Source: Euglena gracilis
Lineage: Eukaryota
NCBI GenBank assembly: GCA_039621445.1
Contig: CP154954.1
Coordinates: 7,079,425-7,143,424, forward strand
Length of the DNA: 64,000 bases
Direction of reading: 5' to 3'
Shown: piece after piece, positions 28,601-40,006 of the stretch
Layout of the letters: every line of letters begins with the position of its first letter
Numbering within the stretch: position 1 is the stretch's first letter
The notes under the pieces: model-generated
The model's input: the letters and a program-made list of their open reading frames with translations, nothing else
Databases searched by the model: none
Told to the model about the DNA's origin: nothing
Made by a program: the position numbers and the translations under genes

Positions 28601-31600
28601 CGCACCGGGTCAGCCAGCCCCCCCATACGACTGCCTCGGTTCATCAGCCACTCCGTCGTTTGTGATGACGAGAAGGACGGCCCCAAGAACCACAGGAAAA
28701 GTTGTGCACGCAATAGGGTTCTGAGCACGCAACCGAGTACAATTTCACCCACATTCAGAAATGCACAACCGTATCTGTGAATTGTGCAGAATAGGTTGCA
28801 TACCAACCCCCCCCCCCCAAGAACCAGTCAGGGTCCTGCCCGGGAAACTGTCAGGGTCCCTAGAACTGGCCAACTTGTCAGGGTCATTTTTCATTGACTT
28901 TCTCTTGAAATGCCATGCCCGGAAAATTGCCAGGGTCCCGCCTGGGGAACTGTCAGGGTCCTTGGTACTGGCCAGCCTGTCATGATAGGAAGTTGTCAAC
29001 GGACCCTGATAACCCTTAATAATGGACCCTTCCAATCATGACAGGTTGGCCGATACCAAGGACCCTGACCGTTTTCCTGACAGTGTGCCGGCCGACCTGT
29101 GAGGAGGGGGGTTAGGTAGCTTGGGGAACGCTTCTTGAAAAGCAGGGGGTTCGTGAACGTCTACCTTCCGGTGGCTGACTGGAGCACATCCTGGCGAAGT
29201 CCTCCGTCGTTGCGTGGGATTACGGCCCTGTTCAGCTTTGGATGTCCAATCACCCCCCGTGAGGAAGTATTCTTTGAAATCGATCCGCTGGTCTGTGAAA
29301 GAAAAACCAACCAAAGATAATTTTCGACGTTCTGTGGAAAATTGGCTTCCACAAGACCCCCCACGCAGTCCACCTCCTGCCTGGGTGATTGACGCTGCTC
29401 TTGTCCACCCCCGTGTGCTTTCCAATTTGTCAAGCAGCAAAAGTCGACCGATGCGGCAAACACGCAATGTACGTGTATATATGGGGAGTTTTTTTTACTT
29501 TTTGAGTCGCGAGCCGTCCGATTCTCTTGCTGGAACCATGCCAAAAGTCGGTCCAAAAGGCATATTATCTCCATTGCAAAATAATATCTCTCTGACAATG
29601 ACAATTTCAACACATGAAAAAGCTGTTAAATTTTTAGGAAAATATTCCTGCTTTTTTAGGAGGTACGTTTAGGTCGGAGGGTCAGGTCTTGGGAGTTGTT
29701 CATAGTGGGGAGGTTCATTTGCCCACCCTTCGAGGTGTTCCTTCCCGCGCAATTTAAAAACGGTACCTGACCTCCTGTCACTTCCAAAAGCCACCACAGC
29801 CCCTAGATGGCCAGTTTTCCAAGGGGTCTGTCCCCTAAAATGGACCAAACATGGACCATGAATCATGTAAACCTCCGCCGTGAAAGGAAGCCCAAATAAA
29901 AGTCCAGAATTAACCCCATTTAAGACATCAGCTAAACGAGCGAAGCGCCGGGATGATGGGGGGGAAATCCCTGGTTATTGTCCAAAAGCCCATTTCGAAA
30001 CACAATAGATGGTGAAAAAACTCTGATGTTTCTAGCAACAGATGCAAAAATAACATTCTTTGGGTTCTTTGGCTGGTTAACCAAAACTTTTTTGCCAATT
30101 TTCCGCAGGGTAAGGGTTTAAGCCAAAGTTTGGCCCCTCCCCTCCCATAACTGGCCCCTCCCTCAAATAGACCTTTGGAAGCAGTGGGTCTTGTCAAAAG
30201 GTGCTGATATCGCAGGCTGACCCCATCACCTGCAAGCTATTTCCCCTCGGAGGCCTTGAGCAGCCGTTCATTGACACGAAGACGGGAGTAGCCGTGAAGA
30301 CTGCCATTGCTTGCCTATGTTCAGGGGCCCAAAATCCCACTCAGGACTGGGGCACAAATTTCAAGATTTCTTTCACTGATTTTAGCCCTGCCCATAAACA
30401 CTCCACAAAGGCATCCAATACCATATTTTTTGGTGCCGGAATAATTTTTGGCTTTTTTTTGGCGCTTTTCTTCACCCCATAATTGACCCCCCCCCAAAAG
30501 TGGGTCCCTGGACCCCCTCGCCCGGGGGTGGGTGTACCCCAGCCTTCGGTATAAGGATGGCTTTGGGGTTTGGGTGGGGGTGCGGTCCCCCCCGGACCTG
30601 AGCGGGGGTCCGGACCCCCCCCCCCCGCCTGCAGGGGGGTTCAGACCAACCCTGGGGGGGGGGGTACCCACCCCCTGAAAGGTCAAAATTTTCCTTTCGG
30701 TGTTTTCCGCCGAAAATTTTTTTTTGCATTTTTGAAATATTGTTGCCCAAAGAGTGCCTAGAATGACATTTTTTGGCCGTTTTGAGTATAATTTTTGGAG
30801 TTGAAAATCGGTCGTCCGGACCGTGCCATTGTTGATCCCACCAGATTCCACCGGATCCCACCGGACCCCACCGGAGACCAAAAGCTGGGGTTGACTGTCC
30901 TTGCCTGCATATGCGCACACACAAACCAACACACACACACACACGCGCGCGCTCGTATGCTCCAACCCACCCACACAAACACACACACACACACATACCC
31001 ACATGTATGTGTTTATTGTGAATATTATATTTTGGTTATACCTTTCGGCATTAGGAAATAAAGTACCATACCGCCAGATTCATACTTCTCGGCTTATCAT
31101 TCCAATGCCTATTTTATTTCTGATTTTTTTGTTATCCTGATTTGGGTGTTACCAGCCAGATTATATTTTACGTCCCATCCCCCGCCTGGCCCCGTTACAC
31201 AGTGCCTCAAACTCGTAGACAGCCGCATCCCCCGTCACGTGGAGCACGCAAAGTGGTTCCGGTTGGCACCCGTAAGGTTTTTTTGCTCAACTGTTAGCAT
31301 TTTTTTGACAGCACACAAATATTGTCAGCAAAATGCAAAAAAAAAAACGAATATATTTATTGGAGTGTGTCTGTTTTTTGGGGTACATTGTGTTCACAAA
31401 TTTTGTTTTCAACCTTGCATCAGAGTTTGTTAGTTTACCTTCGATCTGTGTAACCTGCAGACACAGCTTTGCACCAGCAGCGCCGGAACGAGCATCCCAA
31501 AGTTGACCTGTGTCCTCGTCTGAGCCGGTATCTTTTGCCAGCCCCGAACCAACTCCGGGGCCACGTCCCGCGGCTGGACCTCGTGGTCAGCGCGGAGGTG

Positions 31601-34600
31601 CGGCAGGTGCTGGACAAGAAGTGGGACGCGTTCGGGCAGCGGATGTTCTACCGGAAGCTGGCGGTGGCCCTCGGCACCGTGCTGGCCTGGACCGCCGCCA
31701 GCATCGTGCCCGCCCAGGGGACCTCCGACGCTGTTTGTCAATGAAGCACACTGTGCAAACCCACTCACAAATTTGGGTGTCTTGTTCACAAGTCCTGCAA
31801 ATCTGGATGTGGGTTTCCTCTCGCTGGCATAGTGACCTCTTTCGTTCGCTGTCTCAGCCAGAGAGTGAAGGCTTCCTTTGGAAGGCCCTGTGCGCATACA
31901 TGCGAAAAGCGATTCTCAATCAGGTTATATTTTAATCATTTCGGTCTCGTTGTGTGAGATGTGTCCTGATGTGTTGCATTGTGATACACTTCATATGACT
32001 GCTGGTGGACTCAGTTCAAGAGATGCGCTGTTCGTCACAGATTACTCTGTGTGCCAACCATTATCGCTGCTCCGGTCACAGCCCAGAGGACCATTCAGTC
32101 TGGAGCCGGCATCAGCCGCGGAGGGATGAAAACTTTTTTTTGGTGGATTTTTGTGTTTTTGTTGGTTTTTGGTTTTTGTGATGTACAGTGTGTTTATTTT
32201 AAGGAGTTAACACCCCCCCCCCCCTCGCAGCTCTGGTCTGGGCCCACCCGCTTGCCAACCTCGTCATCCGCTCGCTGGAGCTGCTGGCCCTGCTGCCCGT
32301 CATGTGGCGGGCGGGTTGGTTCGTCTGGAGCTGGCGCCCGTCCGGCGGGCTGCATGTCGCCGAGGGAGACTTCTGCCCCCCCATCCCCTTATTGATGGAT
32401 CGATTTCCGGAACGCCAATAATTTTTTTCAGAGGTATTTCAACAGGCACACAAGCCCATGCTGACGAATGGACCTTCGCGATTGCGGTCACAGCACAGAA
32501 ACAGCCAACTCAGGCTAGGAGCCATCGCTCAATTTCCCCTTCCTCCCAATCCTGCAGCTTCCCAGCATCTGTCCAACGATCACTGAGGCAGTTCCCACTC
32601 TGCTCGGGTTGAAAAAAGTAAACTGCTTGAACGGTCCGAATTCGCTCGGCGAATCACGCGGGTGCGGATTCCGAGCATCACATCACGTCCGTTACAAGAA
32701 GGGTATATTTGGTCACTTGCCCACAGCTGGAGCAAGAGAAGTGCATCGTGGGCATCCGGAGCGCCCCCCTGCCTATATGTCCAGCCCTCGGGCAGAGGGT
32801 GTACCGTGGGTGCCCAGCAACCCCCCCACTCACGCCCCCCTGCATGGGAGACCCACGGCGCTGCATCGGTGGAGGCAGCACTGGGCAACGTGTTCCGCAG
32901 CCTGTACCTGGCCTCCCTGGCCTTCCGCCCAGTGCGACCATCGCTTGTTCTGCGGTAGAAGTGCACATGGAGGGCGATGTTCTTGTTGCAGAAATTTTCA
33001 GTTTTCCCGACTCTCTGAAGGCACGGGGTGTCGATTTAGGTATTTCCCATTTTCCCCCTCATCCTTTCTCCGTGTTTTTTCCCCTTTAATTTCTTTTCAG
33101 TTTCATTTCTTTTGTGTTTTTCATTTTATATGTTCTTCAGTCAATTTAATTCATTCAGTGGTGATTGGAGAATGGAGGATTCCCCGATTTCGGTACAAAA
33201 GCATTGTCCAATTCGGAGGGGTAACGGCAGGCCGGGGCAACCACCTGCACAGGTCTTGCTGCACGCCGGTTCGCGGAAGAGCCAATGCTGGTTGACGTCA
33301 CCGCCGCCTTTGCCGCTCTGACTGGCTGGCTGCATGTGTTCTTCTTCCTGTGCAGAGCGCTTCGGCATTGTTTGATCAATTTTTCGCGCGAGGATGCACA
33401 AGATTGTTTTGCGATGTCGGTGCTGTTGTTGTTGATGTCGGTGTTTGTCATGTCGGTTTTTTCTTTGCACGTGGATATAGGTCTGTGGAGCAGGATGTGG
33501 CCGCCCCTCCAGGCCGTGCAGTGTGGAACTGTGGTGCCAGGGAAGCCGGAGGGTACCCTAAACCCCCCCCACCTATAAGAAACCCCCACCTATAAGAAAC
33601 CCCTGGGGAGCTTTGAACCCAACCACCACCTTTTTTCTTCGGCGCCGAAGGCGCCGAAGGAAATTTTTGACCGTTTTTGGCCACTTTTGGCCTTTTGTCG
33701 GCTCAAAACTTTTTTGGGCATTGAAACCCACCTATAAGAAACCCCCACCTATAAGAAACCCCTCGGGCCATTTTTTTGGAAACCCACTTATAAGAAACGG
33801 GTTTCTTATAGGTGGGGGGGGTTTACCCCCCCGGGGGGGGGTCCAGCCAGCCAGCAGCTCAAATCCAGCCAGCAGCCCAAATTCGGGCTGGGAGCCCACT
33901 CCCCCCCGTCAAGTGAAATAAAGCCGGGTCCAGCCCGGCCAGAGGCTGGGCCAGCCGGCCGCAGGCCGGCCCAGTCGGCCGAAGGCCGGCCAGCCAATTG
34001 GGCTACCCAGCTCACCTGTCCCTTCATTTTTCCCCCTCATCACAGCTTCCTCCATCACAGCCCCCCAGCCTTGACCTAGCTCCACCCATCAAAATATCGA
34101 AAATGGCAAAAATGTGTTGGAAAAATTTGTTTTTCGTCGACCCAGCCCAGCCCCCTCCAGCCCCGGCCCCCCCCTCCCCCCCACCCCCGGGGGGGTCCAG
34201 CCAGCAGCTCATTTCCAGCCAGCAGCCTTTTTGCCAGCCGGATGCTGGACCCCCCCTCCCGGGGGTCCTTAAGAAATTCCCTGTGTGGTGCTCGCCTTTC
34301 TTTTCCCAGCCGCAGCTGCCCTGTCTTTGCTTGGCTTCCGGTCCACGGGACCCTTCGTCATCATGATCAAGGAGATGGTGCAGTATGGGCTGGCCGGGGT
34401 GTTGCAGGACATCGACAGTGATCAGATCCCCCGTAAAATGGCCGGTCGGGAGGGTTGCAGGGGCCCTGACAACTTCCCAGTGCCAAGTTGGCCGGTACCA
34501 CCTGACAGTTTTTTTCCTGGTTGGGCTTTTCCTCAGCATTCCAACGGGTTTTGGCTCAAACAGGTCGGCCGGTACACCGGCAGGGCAGGGCCATGGGGGG

Positions 34601-37600
34601 GGTGGGCCCCCGGGGCCAGGCGGCGACCTCCGGCGCTTCCTCTCCGTCAACCTCGCCGTGCTGTTCGGCTTCACCATGTCGCTCCACATGCTGACCTCCA
34701 GCGCGGAGCATTGCGGCTTCGACGCCTTTGCGGAGCGCTTGTGTCCAGGGTGTGGGATGGGGCAACCACTTTTTTTCTTCTTCAAAGCACACCAACCATT
34801 CATTTATCCACTCCTCCTACCCCCAACATTCACAACCTCTCCCCTCAGTCGCCTGGGCTGCACTTTCAGGGCAAGTACCTCCCCCCCCCCCTTGTCCAAC
34901 GACTGGGCTTGTCCAACGACCCCCCCCCCCGGTCAGAGACGATCTTTTTGTAGACGATCTTGGGGAAATGATACTTGATAATGTTCTTGCTTTTGATTTT
35001 GTTCTTTGCAGCTTCTCCGACTTCTGTGATGAACCACTACCCAGTGGGTTGTTGTGTTCTCTATCGTCGCTCGAATGGTGATGTTGCAAAATGGTCGTGT
35101 GGTAATTTGTTCCATCTTCCTTGAGTCAATATTATGCATGATATTGGCTATTGTCAGGCGCGAAGCGCCAAAAATTTCCAGCGAGACGCGCCGGAAATCC
35201 CCCCCCCCCCTGTCTAACGACCACCCCCCTGGTCAGAGACGAATATTGGCCATTTTAACAACTGCCCCCCCCCCCCGGTCAGAGACGAACATTTGCGGTC
35301 GTTGGACAAGGGGGGGGTATGGACAAATTAATAGTTATGAATGAATACATAGTAGTTTACCAATTTTTTTCATCCCTCTTGCAACAAAAATGGTAATCTC
35401 TCTCTTTTACTCAGCAGGTTTTGACTGGCAGGTTTTTGGTTGGCCAAAGGGTTTTACGCTCCTGTGAGAGTTCGAGCATTTTACTCCACTCCTTCACTCT
35501 TTCAGGCTTGTCCACATGATTCCCCAAAAGGATGCACGGTCCAATCTGATTTTTAATTTTCTTTTTTGGTAGGCATTCACTACCCTCTGCTGTCGGCAGT
35601 TGGTGCTTCTGGGGCTGGTGGGCGATTTCCCGTTCAAGGAGTACAATGAGCGTTTCACCGGGGGCCGCATGCTGCTCATTGAGCTGCTGTTCACACTGCC
35701 CAGGTCACATGGGTGTTCAAGTTCCAGTTTGGCTGTGGTTTTTTGTTCATTGCCACCATCTGATTTCTCATGATGTCATCTCCGTGCATTGACGGGATTT
35801 TTTTCAAGCCACGACTTCCAGAGTCTGACAAACACAAAGCGACCAGGTTTTGATATAAGGAGGGCGTACATGGTTTAGGTGGGGGGTGTCCCCCCCCCCC
35901 CCCCCCCCCCCCTGGCCCGCAGGGGGGGTCCGGACCACCCCCCCACCTGCCAGGGGGGTCCGGACCGACCCTCGGGGGGGGTTCCCGGTACCCCCCCCAA
36001 AAAGGGTCAATTTTTTCCTGCGGCGCTTTGCGCCGAATTTTTTTTTCATTTTTGGCACATTTTTGCCCAAAAAGTGCCCAAAATGGCACTTTTGGTCGTT
36101 TTGGGGGGTCAAAAATTTTCGGCCACCCTGACCGCGCACCTGTTTAGGTGGGGGGGTGTCCTCCCCACCCCCCCCCCCCTCCTGGCCCGCAGGGGGGGGG
36201 GTCCGGACCCCCCCCCCCACCTGTCCTTATATCGAACCCTGAAAGCGACACATGGTCAATATCGTCCTCGGTCCCCCATGGACCTGCTCCCGTACATAAT
36301 TCTAGTTGTAATCCTGCTGCTCAACCAGGCGGACTGTTCGCTTTTCTGTTTCAGTTTTTTTTCTCGTTTATTTTTTCTCATTTTTTTTTACGCTCATATT
36401 TCAAGTGGCGTTGAATCAAGCCCCTCCCCCCCGGATGAACACTCAAGAAGGCACTGGAGGCAACCAAAAACTGAGAAACTCAGGGAATTGTTTCGGCATT
36501 CCCATGAACTCTGAGCAGGCTTCTTTTTGAGGAAGGTCGCACCTTCGGGGAGGGGGGGGGGTGCCATGGACGGTGGGCGGGGTAGGGCATTTTCGACCCC
36601 CACGAGGTTCCCAGCTCGAAAATGGCCATTTTCAGTGGAGTTTTGCCTGGGTCCGTAGGCACCTGGGCCCAGCCCCCACCTTGGGGGGGGGGGGCTATGG
36701 GCAGGCACCTGATATATTAATATACCCCAACCCAACCAATATATGGATTGGGGTATATTACCAACCCATACCCCCGGGTTGGTAAACAGAAACCTGACTC
36801 CCCTCTTCTGGGAAACAGTCAGTCAGTTACATATGCACGCTACCGCCTGCTGGCAACCTGCTCATTGCAATGATGGGCAACACGTACGCTGCAGTGCAGG
36901 ACCAGGCAGAGAAGCGTTGGTACCTGGGGCCAGGGGATTTCTTAGCTGGTGCCGACCCTGGGGTCGGCCATTCTGCACCTTTTCCCCCAGCCAGCAGCTC
37001 CCGTGGGCTCAGGAGGTTGAAAATTGCCTGTGTCTTTATTTCCTCACCAGGCGATGAATGAAATTTTTTTAGAACATTCGAAAAATGGCTTTGTGTGTTT
37101 TGGCAAAAGGTGGCCAATCACTAATTCAGTTTGACCTCACAGGCAGGTGGCCACACCTTTGTCAATTGGCAGTTGGCCACTGGCAAATATGACTTCCCCC
37201 CCTGAGAATCACGGGGGGATTTTTGCTGTCGATTCTTTTAAATTGATTTGTTGTTGATTCTTTTATTTTGAAATTGATCGCTTCAATGCCTTCAAGGCCA
37301 AAAGAATCAAACAAGCTGGTTTTAAGGAAAGGGGTGTTCAGGCCAGCTCCTGTTTCGTCCAGTAAGTTGGCCTATGGCCCACTCAACCCACCTCACATTA
37401 ATGGGGTGATGCCTCACCCTTTGGCACTCCTAAATTTCCGACCCAATGCTCTGGGGGGTTGTGTTCCACGAGCCTGGCAGTCATCCCTCTTGGGGGGGTT
37501 CCCGCCAGCGGTTTTTTGCTCTCAGTGCACTGACTGACACTTCAAAGTCCTTCAGAACTCCCCTGCTTGCAGCGCGCGAACCTCATGGCCAGGGGGCAGC

Positions 37601-38261
37601 CGAGTGCAACGAAATGAGTTTTGTCGGTATTTTGGAGTAATGTCAACTACTGGAGAGCGGGGCATGGCGGCAGAAAATGTGTGAAGATTTTGTATTGCCT
37701 CTGGTTCCGCTTCATGGAAGCTTTTTTGTGGCGAACAAAGGTTTTGAAGGTCCATTGCTTCGTATTCACAAGTTTCTTGGCAAAATTGACCCATATCACA
37801 GGCATATTTGTTAAAGAACTCCAACCTTTCAACAGATGGGACTCTTCCCATCTCATGTGGGGTGTAGGGGTGCCTGAAAGTATTTTCTCCCATTTGGGTA
37901 TGAAAACCCTACCTGTGACGGAATCGGCTGAAGCAGTTTGTACCAAAAGCCTGAGTTGGAACAATTGACCTCCGAAATACATAATTCAAAGAAAAATCCA
38001 AAAATCTCGAAAAGCGTCATTTCTAGATATAAGGACGTGATAGGTTGACTCCCTGCTTTGCTAAATGGGTTATTTGCCACTTATTGGGTTATTTTTTTCA
38101 GGTGTTTTGGGGATGTATTTTGACCTTGATTTGATATCCAACAAAACAATCTCTTTATCTCTCATGTAGGACTGTATGGGACGTGTGTGTGCATGCGTGC
38201 GTGCGTGTGTGCGTGCGTGCGTGCGTGCCTGCGTTTCGTGTGTGTGTGTGTGTGTTTTCTG

Positions 38262-38297
<36 letters not shown>

Positions 38298-40006
38298 ACG
38301 CGCGCGCGCGTGTGTGCGTGCGCGCGTGTGTGTGTGTGTGTGTGCCGGTGGAGTGCCGATTGGACCACCGGGCCGCCCCCTGCCACAGGCGGCATACGAG
38401 GCGGAGTACACGGTGGATCAGATGCAGCAGCTGCGCAAGCAGTTCGCCACGCCCTTCAGCCAGTCCGACGCCGCGGTGACGCGGGACACCGGACAGGGCG
38501 TTACTTGTTTGCCATTGTTGCGCACCTGCTAGTTTGCACGGTTGCACTCTTGGGGCTGTATCATGGAACTATTATGTCAAAGTATTTAACCTTTTTGGCT
38601 AGGATTTTTGTATCCTTTTATATTTGTGTTTCGGAAAAATCTGCACATGGAAAACACACAAAAAAATTCCCTCGAACGCCCCCCCCCCAGGGGGACTAAG
38701 TGGTAGGCGCATGGGTGCTGGAGATATAAACAAAATCACCCGAAGAACACAGAGAAAACCCCATTTCCACCGTGCGTGCAGCGCCGGAGTGGCTGTGGGA
38801 TGTGGGCGAGAAGTGTGCAAATAAATCCTTTTGACACAGATGTATCGTCTCAATATCCCCCCCCCCCCGTCCACTGACCACCTCTAAACAACAACCACCC
38901 CCCCAGATGCAGATGGTTTTGAAAATTGGGTTGTTTTTGACACCTAGTTGTGCGACCACCTGGTCGGGGATCGTAGGTTTGGGGGGCGCGTATGACCTCC
39001 CCCCCTGGTCGGGGGTTGTACCCCGCCCCCCCCCCTATGTCCAACGACCGGAAACCTCTGTCCTCTGACCGGGGGGGGGGGGGCGGTCGTTGGACATAGG
39101 GTAGTGGCCAAAAAGGTGTCCTCTGACCTGGGTGGTGGTCGTTGGACACGGGGTCGGGAAAAAAAAGTTTGCCAAAACCCCCCAAACAGGTCAAAATTTT
39201 CCTTCCGGCGCTTCGCGCCCCCATTTCCAGCCCTGTCAACAAATATTTACTTAAATAGCACCCAAAGCTGGCATCCTTGGACGATTTTGTTGCGGTGATG
39301 ACGTCAAGAGAACATGCAAGGAAAATGCAAACCATCTTCACTCCATCATACAACCTAGCAAACACCCGAAAATGTCACGGTGGAATGTTGGGAGTGTGGT
39401 GAAGCTCCTTCAACAACCGCAGGCACTATCTCCCCGGTGGAGCGCTCATAATGCACAAAACTCCCCGGCGGGAACAATTTAATGGACGATGGGCTGCGGG
39501 GTAGAGGACAAGGGTGGAAGAAAAGCCTTTCAGGGCTGGCAAACCTCCGGTTTTCGCACACCTGCAAAAAAAACATCAAACCTCTGAAAAGGTGTCCTCT
39601 GACCGGGGGGTTGTTCGTTGGACATAGGGGGGTCGTTGGGCATACGGGGGAGGGGGGCAGGCTATTGCTGAATAATAATTTTTTGTGCCCTCCACTTAGC
39701 CAGCCCAAATGTCAGCCATCAGATCAAGAGCTCAGTCGAGTTGAGTTGGGGTCTCAACTCAACAGCCAACTCTTCAGTCGTGGCTTTCCCGTCGCCCAGC
39801 CCCCAGCCCCCCCGCAGCGGAGGGGCAGGCGGGATGAACGCCTTGGCGTGGAGTTCTGCCTGACCACCACCTTGCGGTCCGGGGAGTGGAAGCTGTCGTC
39901 GGCGAGGCGGGCCAGTCCACCCACTGGGCCGCCAACCGCCGACCGCGGAGGACGGTGGACGCGGAAGACACAAGAGGTGACTCTTTTCTTCTGGTCCATT
40001 GGATGA
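13671..40006 (+). CDS. TRPV/OSM-9-like ankyrin-repeat 6TM cation channel, paralogue 2 (about 25 exons)
   Basis: Approximate exons: ..13700, 14380-14600, 15573-15658, 16379-about 16500, (unresolved gap), 23640-23791, 23963-24054, 24532-24631, 24822-24891, 25671-25779, 26240-26294, 27066-27083, 28452-28550, 29183-29229, 30225-30318, 31194-31249, 31570-31711, 32056-32103, 32241-about 32340, 32848-32926, 33268-33349, 34329-34377, 34618-34742, 35595-35697, 36292-36322, 36855-36927, 37571-37586, 38388-38490, 39851-40006. TRPV motifs appear in the expected order: DAVGANPIHIA, YSGENILHIAI, TTGSFF..YFGGFPLLFAAASNQ, DRFGNTALHLAV, NAEGLTPLALAA, WDYGPITCKLFPL, VLDKKWDAFG, GFRSTGPFVIMIKEM..GDLRRF, GLVGD pore, LLNLLIAMMGNTY, WYLERA. 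The start, the link between the 13.7-16.5 kb exons and the ankyrin exons, a few junction phases and the stop are uncertain. Confidence 0.88.
16547..16610. repeat. 10-bp tandem repeat (GCCCAGTCAT)x6
   Basis: Directly visible; inverted units (GTGACTGGGC) near 16764 suggest it is part of a small foldback element. Confidence 0.8.
17421..17618. mobile_element. Dispersed repeat / MITE-like (GTCGGGTGCCGACCCC family)
   Basis: Same start, GGCAGGCACCCC motif and GGCGCCGAAGGCGCC-type motif as 23323-23618. Confidence 0.55.
18985..22639. mobile_element. 3.65-kb TIR DNA transposon (degenerate or non-autonomous) within the span of the TRP gene model
   Basis: TIR CTTAGGAGGCATAAATTGCCCA (18985-19006) vs TGGGCAGTTTATGCCTCCTAAG (22618-22639), 21/22 match. 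TAATA flanks both sides (18980-18984, 22640-22644). 14 internal GAAGCG..CGCTTC dyads. No transposase motif recognised. Confidence 0.85.
27799..28250. mobile_element. MITE-like element (CAATTGTCAC/CAATTGACG family)
   Basis: TA-(G)C(n)GGGCAATTG...CAATTGCCCG(n)-TA with many subterminal AATTGTCACCC motifs. Confidence 0.7.
28803..29116. mobile_element. MITE-like element (CTGTCAGGGTCC family)
   Basis: TA-flanked with oligo-C/oligo-G ends; shares GGGTCATTTTTCATTGACTTT and repeated CTGTCAGGG with 43100-43413. Confidence 0.75.
30480..30830. mobile_element. Dispersed repeat (GGGGTCCGGACCCC family)
   Basis: Similar to 35860-36230 (GGTCCGGACC dyads, AAAGGTCAAAATTTT, GCCGAAAATTTTTTT). Confidence 0.5.
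33559..33825. mobile_element. MITE-like element (CCTATAAGAAACCC family)
   Basis: TIR TAAACCCCCCCCACCTATAAGAAAC / GTTTCTTATAGGTGGGGGGGGTTTA; five further TATAAGAAAC motifs; central GGCGCCGAAGGCGCC. Confidence 0.8.
33826..34266. mobile_element. MITE-like element (CCAGCCAGCAGC family)
   Basis: CCCCCGGGGGGGGTCCAGC...GCTGGACCCCCCTCCCGGGGG inverted ends with repeated CCAGCC. Confidence 0.6.
34878..35317. mobile_element. MITE-like element (GTCCAACGAC family, subfamily A)
   Basis: TA-C(n)TTGTCCAACGAC...GTCGTTGGACAAG(n)-TA; ends match 48125-48889. Confidence 0.85.
36323..36854 (+). other. Non-conventional intron present only in TRP paralogue 2
   Basis: CTC|AACCAGGCGG...CCGCCTGCTGGC|AACCTG; perfect 7-bp stem. 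Paralogue 1 reads CTCAACCTG uninterrupted at about 2146-2154. Confidence 0.9.
36928..37570 (+). other. Non-conventional intron present only in TRP paralogue 2
   Basis: CTGG|GGCCAGGGGA...TCCCCTGCTTGC|AGCGC; 7-bp stem; removal restores WYL-E-RANL. Confidence 0.9.
38183..38344. repeat. (TG)n/(TGCG)n microsatellite
   Basis: Directly visible. Confidence 0.9.
38491..39850 (+). other. Non-conventional intron present only in TRP paralogue 2
   Basis: ACC|GGACAGGGCGTT...AACGCCTTGGCGTG|GAGTTC; 9-bp stem with one G-U. Paralogue 1 reads GACACCGAGTTC uninterrupted. Confidence 0.9.
39021..39657. mobile_element. MITE-like element (GTCCAACGAC family, subfamily B)
   Basis: C(n)TATGTCCAACGAC...GTCGTTGG.CATA.G(n); reverse-orientation relative of 44058-44478. 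Confidence 0.75.

Noticed and set aside
34024-34953. Long overlapping ORFs (259 aa minus, 222 aa plus)
   Set aside because: GC-rich MITE sequence plus two real TRP exons read through or antisense.
23640-40006. Scattered ankyrin/TRP fragments as a decayed pseudogene
   Set aside because: Fragments are colinear and most join in frame at consistent stem-type boundaries, with no stops inside resolved exons.
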